64,000 bases of DNA, taken from the IMG/VR virus record IMGVR_UViG_3300043423_000026; one strand, 5' to 3'. The notes beneath the pieces are model-generated. The model was not told where the DNA came from and searched no databases. It saw only the letters and a list, made by a program, of their open reading frames with translations. The DNA comes from an uncultured virus (IMG/VR IMGVR_UViG_3300043423_000026). Taxonomy: Duplodnaviria > Heunggongvirae > Uroviricota > Caudoviricetes > Crassvirales. Each line of letters opens with the position of its first letter. The first letter of the stretch is position 1. Of this stretch, positions 48,905 through 57,992 are shown piece by piece. A program made the translations under genes and the position numbers.

Positions 48905-51900
48905 TTAAGTTGTTTGTGTTATTACTATATCAACCACCATATCATCTTGTGGTGGAAATTGTGAGTAGAATGTAGCTACTCCTGCTGCAACATCTACAAA
49001 TGGTAGTACTTGAGCGTTATATGCTGTTAGGTAACTTGCGTTTTGAGGTGTTACTGAAACATCGCAAGTAGTGTCTATATTTACATTACTAAATGCGTAA
49101 GTATAATAACTACCAACTAATGTCCAAGAACCTTCTGTTAAAGTTTGTGATGTAAGTTTAACAGGAGTTGAACCTCCACCTCCACCACTATACTGAGGAA
49201 TATTTAAAGTAGCACCAACTAATGTAGCAGGTCCACTTGTTCCTGTAGTAGTTAGTGTTATTGTATTTTGTTTTGAATTGAAAGTACTCCAATCCGTAGA
49301 AGATAAAGCACCTCTATTAGCCGCTGATGCGGTAGGTACGTTTAAAGTTATTACAGGGGTTGTGGTTGGATTAGCTACTGTTGAACTTAAATCAGTTCCT
49401 GAAGTACCTAAAGTTAATGCAGCTACTGAAGTAACAGTACCTGAACCACCACCTCCGCCTACAGCAGTCCAAGCTGTTCCATTGTATTGGTATAGAGATA
49501 ATAAATCCGTATCGTAAACAATTAAACCTGTAGCAGGAGAAGATATTGCGTTCTTCTGAGCGGTAGTCATACGTGGCGTAAGAAGCCCCTGTGTTGTTGA
49601 TGTCAAATCTAACTGAGCAGATGGATGAGGCAATGAAAGTCCTACTGCTAAACTACTACTAGGTATACTAACTACATTTGAACCACCAAATGATGAAGAT
49701 ATTGAACCGCTAGCCATCTCAAAGGTAGCCGATGATGGGTCAAAAGAAATCATATTACCACCTGCTGCACATACTAATCTTTCAATAGCAGATGTTCCTG
49801 TTCCTAATTTTATATCTCCTTTTACGTGTAATCTTTCGTCAGGTGTAGCTATGCCTATACCCAATCTATTATTAGTATCGTCCCAAAAGAAATTAGCATT
49901 GTCTTGTGCTATTGTAGTTCCATTAGAAAACAAAACAGAACCGCTTGTAAGAGCAGGTAATGTAAATTTAGCATTCCAAGTTGCTGCTGAAGCTATATAA
50001 GCATCCGCAATAGCTGTAGCATTCCATATTCCTGATGTAACTGTTCCTAATGCAAATGAAGCTCCATTTGTAACTCCAATTACCTTAGATGTTCCTTGTC
50101 CATCAAATGTAATATTTCCTCCTAAATACCAAGTCTTTGGTGCTGCTGAAGAAGTAACAATGTTACCATTTGCTAAGAATAATGATACATTCCCACCATA
50201 AGTAAGTCCTGCATCTCCATTCTCGGCATCTCCGTATAATCCAATATTGTAATTTCCTGTATGTGTATCTGTAGCATATCCTCTAACACCAACAGCAACC
50301 CCTGTATCAGCGGCTGTGCCAACGTGTCCTTCTCCTGTTACTCCTGTTCCTCTACCTGTTCCTGTAGAGTTTGTATATCCCGCTCCATAAATACCACTAG
50401 CCCAAGTACTTCCTACACTCAATCCTTCAGACATAAGTCCTATATACAAGGACTCATTATGTTGAACCCCCAAAGGAACATTACTTATAACAGATAAAGC
50501 ATTAGGAAATCTTGTAAAGTTTGCAGAAGCAGAAGGACCGGTTAAGAACTTCCCTGAAAGCAAAGTATATGTGCCTAAATCAAGATTTGATGTAGCTCCT
50601 GTATAAGGAACATAACCTGTTAAAGAAGGTATATCACTTGTTAAAGCAATTGTTCCTGATGCGTCAGGCAAATCAAAAGTCTGACTAACTGTTAGGTTAT
50701 CGGTACTAATTCTAGCCTCAATAAAATTTGTTTTGTTAAGGAAAAAAGAGCCGTCTCCAAAATAAAACAAACTATCGCCTGATGCGCTCGTTGCGTAAAA
50801 ATAGTTTTGGGAAGACTGCATAGACATATAAGCATTCTCATCAATGTCCCAAATATTAAGCGTGCCAATGCTTGCAGGTAGTATAGATATATTTCCTGCA
50901 GATAAAACTTGGTCTAAAGTAGGTGCTGGGTCCGATGTTAAAGCTATTGTACCCGATGCGTTTGGTAATTGAAAAACTCTTGTTGCCGTTAATGAAGTTG
51001 TTCTTATTGTAGCCTCTATTACAGGAGACTCAAATATAGTTAATCCACGTGGTTCAACACGAAATACATAATCACCATTATAATCAGTAAAATAAAATGT
51101 CTTATCATTTGTGGTTATTTTTGAATATCCCGAACCTGCAAAATCATACAATCCAAGTGCACTACCGATATTAGCATCTAATAATGAGCTGTTTCCAACC
51201 GTTAAAACGCTGTTTAAATCTTGCGAACCACCTGTAGTAACAGACCCGTCTGCCATTAAAAACTGAGAAGATGTTCCTCCGTCTTTAACAAAAGAACCTC
51301 CTTTTACAGCACCTCTTAATCGAGTAGATGTAATCGCAGAACTACCTAATGTAACAGTATTGTTTCCTTCCCCAACAGCATTTGCGCCAATAACAATTTC
51401 ATTAGTCGAAGATGTGTTGAGAGATTTTGAACTATAACCTATAAATATACTTTCTGTAGCTGTATTTAGATTACCTGCTGAAGAATATCTACCTGCGTCC
51501 CTACCTAAAGCTGAAACGTAATTTGATAAAGAGTTTAATAATGAAAAATTACCAATTGCTACATTATAGTTTCCTGTAGTGTTTGCTCTTAATGCTTCTT
51601 GGCCTACAGCGGTATTAAATGTACCTGATGTATTTGAGTTCATTGTTTCAGCACCTATAGCTGTATTTTTATCAGCTACATTATTTTCTAATACTCTATA
51701 TCCTACAGCAGTGTTAAAACTACCAACAAGATTTCGATACAATGAATAAGTTCCGATTGATGTATTAGACGCTCCTGTTGTACTTATTGGACTTGATAAA
51801 AGACCAACTGCTACATTATAGTTTCCTGATAAATTATTTCTTAATGAAGCGTAACCATTTGCTGTATTATAATTACCACCAATATTATCTCTTAAAGATT

Positions 51901-52609
51901 GAGCTCCTATTGATGTGTTATAATTTCCACTAGTATTATTTGCTAAAACAGTTGCTCCAATAGCAGTGTTATATAAAGAATTACCTGCACCTCTTCCTAT
52001 TCTAAGTCCATTTATATAAATGTCTTGATTAGCAGTATCTCCTACAGACACAACATCCCCTAATGTAGGAGTTGTTGAAGTAGGACTATTTATCCATCTT
52101 ATCCCCGATGCAGTCTTAGAAAGAATCTGACCTGTGGTACCAATTCCCGCAGTATCATCTTGAATGTTACCCGGAATTATTTTTGTTGAGGTAATATTCC
52201 CAACAATAGTAATATTTTGAGTTGCAGTATTACCTGCATCAAGAACTGATTGAAGATTACTTACAGGTAAATCAACCCAATTAATACTTGTGGCTCCTTT
52301 ACTAAGAAACTGAAAAGTAAGTCCTTGACTTCCGCTTGTATCCTCAATATTATCAGGTTTTATCAATGTAGCATCAATAGTACCTGTTAATGTAATATTT
52401 TGAGTTGCGGTATTTCCTGCATTCAATACAGCTTGTAATGTTGCTGCAGGGAAGTTAGCAGAAAATAATTGTAATAGCTCCCCTAACGAAAAGTTTTTAG
52501 TGGCAAGCGGTGTTCGTGAAGGAACAGGTCTTGGTGCTTCCGTACCTATCAACCTATCGCTTAACTGCAATGGCGTGTCGGCCAAAGCATAGGTAGCTAT
52601 TTTTGACAT
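48905..52609 (-). CDS. Tail fibre protein (1234 aa, modular)
   Basis: LQ.VL.AGN repeats, NTA(I/V)G beta-roll repeats, LP.ASGTIALTSD x2, NRLGIG, L.PRMTTAQ..AI.SPA.GL.VYDTD. Confidence 0.8.
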   Translation of the reverse strand: MSKIATYALADTPLQLSDRLIGTEAPRPVPSRTPLATKNFSLGELLQLFSANFPAATLQAVLNAGNTATQNITLTGTIDATLIKPDNIEDTSGSQGLTFQFLSKGATSINWVDLPVSNLQSVLDAGNTATQNITIVGNITSTKIIPGNIQDDTAGIGTTGQILSKTASGIRWINSPTSTTPTLGDVVSVGDTANQDIYINGLRIGRGAGNSLYNTAIGATVLANNTSGNYNTSIGAQSLRDNIGGNYNTANGYASLRNNLSGNYNVAVGLLSSPISTTGASNTSIGTYSLYRNLVGSFNTAVGYRVLENNVADKNTAIGAETMNSNTSGTFNTAVGQEALRANTTGNYNVAIGNFSLLNSLSNYVSALGRDAGRYSSAGNLNTATESIFIGYSSKSLNTSSTNEIVIGANAVGEGNNTVTLGSSAITSTRLRGAVKGGSFVKDGGTSSQFLMADGSVTTGGSQDLNSVLTVGNSSLLDANIGSALGLYDFAGSGYSKITTNDKTFYFTDYNGDYVFRVEPRGLTIFESPVIEATIRTTSLTATRVFQLPNASGTIALTSDPAPTLDQVLSAGNISILPASIGTLNIWDIDENAYMSMQSSQNYFYATSASGDSLFYFGDGSFFLNKTNFIEARISTDNLTVSQTFDLPDASGTIALTSDIPSLTGYVPYTGATSNLDLGTYTLLSGKFLTGPSASANFTRFPNALSVISNVPLGVQHNESLYIGLMSEGLSVGSTWASGIYGAGYTNSTGTGRGTGVTGEGHVGTAADTGVAVGVRGYATDTHTGNYNIGLYGDAENGDAGLTYGGNVSLFLANGNIVTSSAAPKTWYLGGNITFDGQGTSKVIGVTNGASFALGTVTSGIWNATAIADAYIASAATWNAKFTLPALTSGSVLFSNGTTIAQDNANFFWDDTNNRLGIGIATPDERLHVKGDIKLGTGTSAIERLVCAAGGNMISFDPSSATFEMASGSISSSFGGSNVVSIPSSSLAVGLSLPHPSAQLDLTSTTQGLLTPRMTTAQKNAISSPATGLIVYDTDLLSLYQYNGTAWTAVGGGGGSGTVTSVAALTLGTSGTDLSSTVANPTTTPVITLNVPTASAANRGALSSTDWSTFNSKQNTITLTTTGTSGPATLVGATLNIPQYSGGGGGSTPVKLTSQTLTEGSWTLVGSYYTYAFSNVNIDTTCDVSVTPQNASYLTAYNAQVLPFVDVAAGVATFYSQFPPQDDMVVDIVITQTT

Positions 52610-52624
52610 TGTATTATTTTTTTA

Positions 52625-52858
52625 TTAAACTACGATTCTAACTTCTCCTGTTGCCGTTTTGTATAATGTACCAACAGCTAAACCACCTGTTATAGCAGCA
52701 GCATTATCAGCAAAAGTAAGAAATGTACTACCTAACAAAGCAAGAACATCTGCTATCTCAAAGTTTTTTGTATTATCAGAATCACTTGTATCTGTTCCTA
52801 AAAGGAAATCAGTCAATGAAGGTGGATTTGGTTGAGGGTATGTACTTATTTTAGCCAC
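52625..52858 (-). CDS. Small tail-associated protein
   Basis: Shares the N-terminal KI.TY...TKNF motif with the fibre; FADNAAA..GGLAVG.LY. Confidence 0.6.
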   Translation of the reverse strand: MAKISTYPQPNPPSLTDFLLGTDTSDSDNTKNFEIADVLALLGSTFLTFADNAAAITGGLAVGTLYKTATGEVRIVV

Positions 52859-52864
52859 AATCTA

Positions 52865-53206
52865 CTAGTTTAAAGTTAATAAATATAAAGTCTTATCCAA
52901 TAAAGAAAGGATTTCGTCCATAATGTTTTGCAACTCAGAGCTGTAATTTGTTCTCTCTGTATCTACAATTGAACGTAATTCTTTTAAATGAGATACAGCT
53001 TCTACATTTTTAGATTCGGGAATAACTATCTCAACTCTTTTATTTCTACCAAAGTAAGCTTCAGTGAAAGTATCAGTTAAGTCAAGGATTCCATCATAAT
53101 AAGCGTTTAAAGCTTTATGCTCAGCATAACTTGTTGTTTGAAGATGAGCAATATGCATTGCATCTCTTGATTGGAACAATGTTCCGATAAATTTTCCCGG
53201 TGTCAT
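52865..53206 (-). CDS. Ferritin/Dps-like four-helix protein
   Basis: HIAHLQT.SYAEHKAL..YYD......D.F.E...ELQNI.DEI...KTLYLL. Confidence 0.6.
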   Translation of the reverse strand: MTPGKFIGTLFQSRDAMHIAHLQTTSYAEHKALNAYYDGILDLTDTFTEAYFGRNKRVEIVIPESKNVEAVSHLKELRSIVDTERTNYSSELQNIMDEILSLLDKTLYLLTLN

Positions 53207-53208
53207 AA

Positions 53209-53451
53209 TTATTCTGTTTTATGCGTTATCTCTCCTGTTTGAATATTGATAACAGCGTCTGCACCGTACTTCTCAATTAAAGTTTTTTCTTGTGTAGAAA
53301 ATTCTGTTTTCAATAATTCAATATGTTTTAAAATCTGTTGTTTCTGCAACTCAACATCTCCAATAGCCATTTTTGCCTTATTGAACTCTGAGTTTAATTC
53401 GTTGATTTTAGTAAGCTCTTCTTGTGTTACTGTTTGAATTGTGTTTTCCAT
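53209..53451 (-). CDS. Small coiled-coil protein
   Basis: Heptad pattern; ends EKYG...INIQTGEI. Confidence 0.6.
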   Translation of the reverse strand: MENTIQTVTQEELTKINELNSEFNKAKMAIGDVELQKQQILKHIELLKTEFSTQEKTLIEKYGADAVINIQTGEITHKTE

Positions 53452-53492
53452 TTTTATTTGATTTAATTGTTATGATACAAATGTAATAATTT

Positions 53493-53960
53493 TTAAGGTA
53501 ATATTTTAAATAACTTATTCCTGAAGTAAAAAATCAATATTGCTAATATCAATATCCAAAGCCACAACCAATAAGCTAAATGACTTTCTTTTTTATCTAC
53601 ATCTTTCTTAAATGCTTTAACTGAAGTATTCTTTTTAACGTTGGCTTTAATTAAGACCTTTTCAGACACTTTTATTTTTGTGGTATCTACGAATACCTTT
53701 TTTGTTTTTTTATATCTAATCTTGGCGTTTTTGTACGTTATTCCGTTTACAACCATAGGTATTGAGTCCGACAATGGACACACCTCAAACTCATCTGTAT
53801 CCGTTACAATACTAACGTGATTGTCTTGTGCAGATATAGTCTCTTTTTTAGTTACAGATGTACTATCTGTTTTTACAACAGAGTCTATTTTATCTACGTT
53901 TACCTTTCTCGCTCCGCAACTAATTAGAAATAAACAAAAAAATAATGTTATATATCTCAT
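53493..53960 (-). CDS. Putative unimolecular spanin
   Basis: Lipobox LIS-C at the N-terminus plus C-terminal TM (LAYWLWLWILILAILIFYF); directly after endolysin. Confidence 0.65.
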   Translation of the reverse strand: MRYITLFFCLFLISCGARKVNVDKIDSVVKTDSTSVTKKETISAQDNHVSIVTDTDEFEVCPLSDSIPMVVNGITYKNAKIRYKKTKKVFVDTTKIKVSEKVLIKANVKKNTSVKAFKKDVDKKESHLAYWLWLWILILAILIFYFRNKLFKILP

Positions 53961-54412
53961 ATTTTTATAAAATAATTAGCTGATTCTGATATTCTTCTTT
54001 TAGTCAATCCGTTTAAAACTTTACCTCCTGATTTATTCCATTTAAGAAACTCTTTAGCTATATTAGCATCGTTTGGATTGTTATTAACTAGTTTTAAAAG
54101 CGTAGAATTATTAAAGTTAGCCTTACCAACGTTATAACAAAAAGACACTAAGGAGTTAAATTGATTTTGATTTACATTAGATGTTACTTTTTTTGAAACG
54201 TGTTTAGCAAAATCATCAGCTACATCTTTAAATAACTCAAAAGCATCATCTATACTTATAGGCTTATCTTGTAAAGTAACCTTAGTACCGTCACTGTAGT
54301 AAGTATTTCCATATCCAATGGTAGGGCGTTTTGCGCTACATAAATATGGCTCTAGTGATAATCCTTCAAAATCTGTTATTAACTTATAACCTTTGTTATT
54401 TAGTGATTTCAT
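53957..54412 (-). CDS. Endolysin, GH24 lysozyme
   Basis: FEGL.LEPYLCSA..PTIGYG...NQNQF.SLVSF.YNVG...GLTKRR..E. Confidence 0.9.
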   Translation of the reverse strand: MKSLNNKGYKLITDFEGLSLEPYLCSAKRPTIGYGNTYYSDGTKVTLQDKPISIDDAFELFKDVADDFAKHVSKKVTSNVNQNQFNSLVSFCYNVGKANFNNSTLLKLVNNNPNDANIAKEFLKWNKSGGKVLNGLTKRRISESANYFIKI

Positions 54413-54830
54413 TTATGTCTTCTTTAACTTCTTTTGCTCTTAGAAATGCTTTTTTAAGTAAACTCCAAATCTTTATACTATAAGCCTCTTCTATATTTTC
54501 TTTTATCGAAACCAATTCAATAAAAATTAAAAGAATAGCACATATTTTAGTAAACATATAGTTTATACTTAGCCATTTAAAAATAAACTCATTTAAAATA
54601 AATTTATCAATAACGAATAATAATACAACGCAAATTTCGTATAGCAACATTTTTGATACAATCTGAGATAATCTTCTACTTCTAACACTCTTCCAACCAT
54701 TTAGCTTTACGCTTTTAAATACACCTGTGAATGTATCAAGAAAGATTGCAGCTCCTACAGCAATAAGTATTCCATATATGGGAACAAATAGGAGTATTAA
54801 TGACGAAAATATATAGTTAACGTATTTCAT
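54396..54830 (-). CDS. Holin
   Basis: Multiple TM segments, LDTFTG, ELVSI.EN; overlaps endolysin. Confidence 0.75.
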   Translation of the reverse strand: MKYVNYIFSSLILLFVPIYGILIAVGAAIFLDTFTGVFKSVKLNGWKSVRSRRLSQIVSKMLLYEICVVLLFVIDKFILNEFIFKWLSINYMFTKICAILLIFIELVSIKENIEEAYSIKIWSLLKKAFLRAKEVKEDINEITK

Positions 54831-54967
54831 TATTTTCCTTGTCCTTTGTATGGTTTAACATAGTTCTTGCTAGACTTAGACGTACTTGTCTTAGTCTTAG
54901 CGTGAACACCCTTTCGTTTTACCTTTGGATTTGCTTTAAATACCGATGTGTTAGTCTGTTTTGCCAT
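54830..54967 (-). CDS. Small Lys-rich protein, 45 aa (not in ORF track)
   Basis: MAKQTNTSVFKANPKVKRKGVHAKTK...KNYVKPYKGQGK*. Confidence 0.6.
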   Translation of the reverse strand: MAKQTNTSVFKANPKVKRKGVHAKTKTSTSKSSKNYVKPYKGQGK

Positions 54968-54968
54968 C

Positions 54969-55457
54969 TTACCAAAGAGCGTTTACAAGCGTTGCAGTTG
55001 TCCCTGTTGCTCTAAGTTTTAAAACTTGAATAGGTAGAGTAGTTCCCGCAGGCACTCCGCTAAAAGTAATTTGGTCCCCTCCTATTGTAATAACAGAAAC
55101 ATTTCCTGTTCCCCCTACATATAAAAAACAACCTGTATTACTAATACCTGATTGAGAAGATGAAGAATATAAAGTATATGCTTGTGCTGTTGATGTAAAA
55201 ATATCAGCATTTAAAGTAATCTGAGTTGCGCTGTCTACAGAAACAACAGTAGCAGAAGTACCTGCTGTATCATTATGAACTATATCTCCCGGATAAACAG
55301 GGTTAGTTATAAAGCTTGCAGCAGAATTTATTAATTTAAAAGCTGTAGCTGTAGTATTAGTACCTGTTGAATTTAAAGCCCCTGGATAAGCAAGATTTGC
55401 ATTATCAGAAGGATGCGCTCTATTTACTCGTGTAAATGTTGTTTTAAATACTGACAT
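54969..55457 (-). CDS. Putative virion protein
   Basis: Thr/Ala-rich beta protein; LYVGGTGNV.V...F..VPAGT.LPIQV. Confidence 0.6.
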   Translation of the reverse strand: MSVFKTTFTRVNRAHPSDNANLAYPGALNSTGTNTTATAFKLINSAASFITNPVYPGDIVHNDTAGTSATVVSVDSATQITLNADIFTSTAQAYTLYSSSSQSGISNTGCFLYVGGTGNVSVITIGGDQITFSGVPAGTTLPIQVLKLRATGTTATLVNALW

Positions 55458-55462
55458 AATTT

Positions 55463-55648
55463 TTATTTTGGGTTTATTTTATAAAATGTTTTGTTTATTA
55501 TTAAATTGGGATTGTTCAAATTGTTTTGTCTTCCGTTACAGCCGCAGTCTTTAATCCCCATTGCTTCTGTTACAAACTCGACAGCTTTTTTTATTCCTGT
55601 AGCTGCAGTTATTTTCTCAATTGTATCTCCTAATCCTTTGCTTTTCAT
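55463..55648 (-). CDS. Conserved small phage protein
   Basis: SKGLGDTIEKIT.ATGIKK.V...DCGC..RQ..LN. Confidence 0.65.
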   Translation of the reverse strand: MKSKGLGDTIEKITAATGIKKAVEFVTEAMGIKDCGCNGRQNNLNNPNLIINKTFYKINPK

Positions 55649-55660
55649 TGTGTAAAGATA

Positions 55661-55921
55661 TTAAAAATTTTTTACTGAATTTGTTGTTGGGTTGTATTTA
55701 AAATCATCAACCGGACGACCTGTTTTTTTAGATGCCCTGTCTTTTGCTCTTTCTTCTGCAGTCATTAAATTCCTCTTCATACCCTCTTTGGTATAAGTTT
55801 TTCCATCTGCTTTTAAATGACCTCTATCTTTCAGTATTCCTACTGCTAATTTCTTATCACCTACCTGAGCTGTAAGTCTTTCTAATAACTTACCTCTACC
55901 CATAAACTTTTGAGTAGCCAT
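55661..55921 (-). CDS. Small basic protein
   Basis: RLTAQVG...MTAEERAKDRA. Confidence 0.6.
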   Translation of the reverse strand: MATQKFMGRGKLLERLTAQVGDKKLAVGILKDRGHLKADGKTYTKEGMKRNLMTAEERAKDRASKKTGRPVDDFKYNPTTNSVKNF

Positions 55922-55922
55922 A

Positions 55923-56141
55923 CTACTTCTTTTTAGCGGTAGGTTTAACGTTTCCTTTTAAAAACTTCATAGGACCACTCAACGACTTTTTAGATTCGTA
56001 TTTAGCAGCCTTACTTATTATCTTTTCTTGAGTAATCATTTTCTTGGTAGGCTTTTTACCTGACCCTTTTGCGTCTCTAATATTATCCCAAAGACCTCTT
56101 TGAGATACTGACCCGTCTTTTCTTTTAATTAACTCTTTCAT
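55923..56141 (-). CDS. Small basic protein
   Basis: Homologue at 1016-1237. Confidence 0.65.
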   Translation of the reverse strand: MKELIKRKDGSVSQRGLWDNIRDAKGSGKKPTKKMITQEKIISKAAKYESKKSLSGPMKFLKGNVKPTAKKK

Positions 56142-56428
56142 TAGTATTTCCCCTTTCTGTTTTTTGGGTTAGGAGTAGTAGAACCTCCCGGTCCTGCCCA
56201 TAATTTTTTACACGCCCAATATCTTGGGGTTAGTTTATCATTTGCTGTATCGCAACTATGTCTTGCCTTAAAACTTCTACGAGCAGCAGGACTATAGTTA
56301 TTACCATAACCCTTGGCCCCAAAATGGAGAAGTTTTTCTTCCCCATTGGAGCAGGCTTTTACCATCATCTTCTTCCCCGCTCTATTTGAGGGAACAGGAT
56401 GGTTACATTTCATTTTTGACTTATCCAC
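56141..56428 (-). CDS. Small basic protein with SFKARHSC..RYWAC motif (GTG start inferred)
   Basis: HFGAKGY...ARRSFKARHSC...PRYWAC; GTG overlaps the stop of 56421-56570. Confidence 0.6.
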   Translation of the reverse strand: MDKSKMKCNHPVPSNRAGKKMMVKACSNGEEKLLHFGAKGYGNNYSPAARRSFKARHSCDTANDKLTPRYWACKKLWAGPGGSTTPNPKNRKGKY

Positions 56429-56570
56429 GGAAAGCTCTTGTTGCGTGACCCGGAGCGCTTTCTTCTGAAGCAACCTCGATTACTACAGGCGCTTCTTGTT
56501 TTGGCTTAGCAACCTCTACAGTCTCAACTGTTTTCTCTACTAATCCGTTTTTTGTTTCTTTCTTGCCCAT
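56421..56570 (-). CDS. Small protein, 49 aa (not in ORF track)
   Basis: MGKKETKNGLVEKTVE...APGHATRAFRG*. Confidence 0.5.
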   Translation of the reverse strand: MGKKETKNGLVEKTVETVEVAKPKQEAPVVIEVASEESAPGHATRAFRG

Positions 56571-56588
56571 TTTGATTTTATTTAAAGA

Positions 56589-56756
56589 TTAGCAATAAGC
56601 GTTTTTACCTTTTATTCCACCTTTTTTTGCAGCAGCCATAACTTTATTAGTTACAGTTTTGCTTCCTCCCATTTTTCTTGGAGTGCTACCACTTGAGCTA
56701 GGCATCTGCATACGAGATGAACCTGGTAAGTTCGGAGTGTCTTTTACTTTAGCCAT
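56589..56756 (-). CDS. Small basic protein, 55 aa (not in ORF track)
   Basis: MAKVKDTPNLPGSSRMQMP...KGKNAYC*. Confidence 0.6.
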   Translation of the reverse strand: MAKVKDTPNLPGSSRMQMPSSSGSTPRKMGGSKTVTNKVMAAAKKGGIKGKNAYC

Positions 56757-56923
56757 TATTTCTTTTTAATTACTGATTTAACAATAGCTTTTGCTGCAAC
56801 TTTTGCAGCTCCTTTTGCAGCGCCTTTAACAGCTCCTTTTACAGCAGCTTTAGCGACAGTTTTCTTTGCACCTTTTGGAGCCATCAATCTTGATGAAGCC
56901 GGTAAGTTTGGAGTGTCTTTCAT
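56756..56923 (-). CDS. Small Lys/Ala-rich histone H1-like protein, 55 aa (not in ORF track)
   Basis: MKDTPNLPASSRLMAPKGAKKTVAKAAVKGAVKGAAKGAAKVAAKAIVKSVIKKK*. Confidence 0.6.
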   Translation of the reverse strand: MKDTPNLPASSRLMAPKGAKKTVAKAAVKGAVKGAAKGAAKVAAKAIVKSVIKKK

Positions 56924-56925
56924 AA

Positions 56926-57054
56926 TTATTTCTTTTTTTGGTTTTTCATTGCCGCTTGGGCATTTTTAGCATAGTTCTTTCTAGCACTTGCTTTTAAGTT
57001 TGGATTACTTGCTTCTTTAATGTCGTAAGCCGTTTTTTTAGTTACTTTTTTCAT
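56926..57054 (-). CDS. Small basic protein, 42 aa (not in ORF track)
   Basis: MKKVTKKTAYDIKEASNPNLKASARKNYAKNAQAAMKNQKKK*. Confidence 0.55.
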   Translation of the reverse strand: MKKVTKKTAYDIKEASNPNLKASARKNYAKNAQAAMKNQKKK

Positions 57055-57066
57055 TGTTTTTTATAT

Positions 57067-57327
57067 TTATCTTACTATTTTACCACCCAAAGAAGTATTA
57101 AGTCCTTGAAGACTACCACCACTCTGTTTTCCTTTTGAATCCATTGTACTTCTTCTCTTATTTCTAGCAGATTCTCTAGCAGCATAAGCCGCAGCTCTTC
57201 TTTCATTAGAGTCTGATTGAATCTTTTTTAAACTTTCAGCTAATGTCTTAGGGTCCATATCATACTTTGGGCTTTCTGCCAAAGGCTTAGACTCTCTAAC
57301 TTCCGATTTTTTCTTAGTATCAGCCAT
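57067..57327 (-). CDS. Small basic protein
   Basis: ESKPLAESP motif. Confidence 0.55.
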   Translation of the reverse strand: MADTKKKSEVRESKPLAESPKYDMDPKTLAESLKKIQSDSNERRAAAYAARESARNKRRSTMDSKGKQSGGSLQGLNTSLGGKIVR

Positions 57328-57333
57328 AATTAT

Positions 57334-57717
57334 TTATTTTTTACTCCAATCTTTTTTAGATTGTTTTGCTCCGGCCTTAGATATACCACATTTACCTGAT
57401 TTAAAATTAGGGTCACTAGTATCGCAAGCAGGAACATCAGCTTTTTTGTTAGCGCTTCTTAATTGTTCTACAGACATTCCTCTTGTTGCAGCATTTTTTG
57501 CAAATTGGTCTTCAATTTTTTTTTCGGTAGCGACTCTAACAGAGTCTTTGTACTGCATAAATCTTTTAGCACCACCACTTGCTATAAGCTCTTTCTTTTT
57601 AGCTCCTTTCTCAGCCAATGTCATTTCAGCCCAGCTTTTCTTTGGCTTAATTGTATCTTGAACAACTCTTGGAGTTGGTGTAGCAGCTAAAGGAATATCT
57701 TTTCTATTGATAGCCAT
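57334..57717 (-). CDS. Small basic protein
   Basis: KDIPLAATP motif. Confidence 0.55.
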   Translation of the reverse strand: MAINRKDIPLAATPTPRVVQDTIKPKKSWAEMTLAEKGAKKKELIASGGAKRFMQYKDSVRVATEKKIEDQFAKNAATRGMSVEQLRSANKKADVPACDTSDPNFKSGKCGISKAGAKQSKKDWSKK

Positions 57718-57719
57718 AA

Positions 57720-57935
57720 CTATTTATTTTTTTTCAAATATTTGAAATCTTCAGGATGAGCAAGCTCGTCTTTTCTTGAAATAACAACTCCTGTAGCATA
57801 GCCACCATTATTATCCACTTTCTTAACTACTTTAGTTTTAGCAACAGGCTTTTTAGCCGGTGCAGGTTTAGGGGTTGGAGCTAACGGAGTGTCAGGTCTT
57901 TTTAATACTTGCTTAGTAATTTTAAGTCCTCTCAT
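57720..57935 (-). CDS. Small basic Pro-rich protein
   Basis: PDTPLAPTP motif. Confidence 0.55.
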   Translation of the reverse strand: MRGLKITKQVLKRPDTPLAPTPKPAPAKKPVAKTKVVKKVDNNGGYATGVVISRKDELAHPEDFKYLKKNK

Positions 57936-57958
57936 TTCTTTATTGTTTTTTTAATTAA

Positions 57959-57977
57959 TAACTTTGTAGCAAATGTA
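57959..57977. promoter_or_regulatory. Two face-to-face TAnnTTTG -7 boxes (TAACTTTG + strand 57959-66; TACATTTG - strand 57977-70)
   Basis: Both match the Bacteroidota -7 consensus; they lie between divergent genes. Confidence 0.55.
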
Positions 57978-57992
57978 ATAAAATTTTTTTAA

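Noticed and set aside
46704..52609. Diversity-generating retroelement acting on the fibre or LRR genes
   Set aside because: No reverse transcriptase and no adenine-specific TR/VR repeat pair seen.
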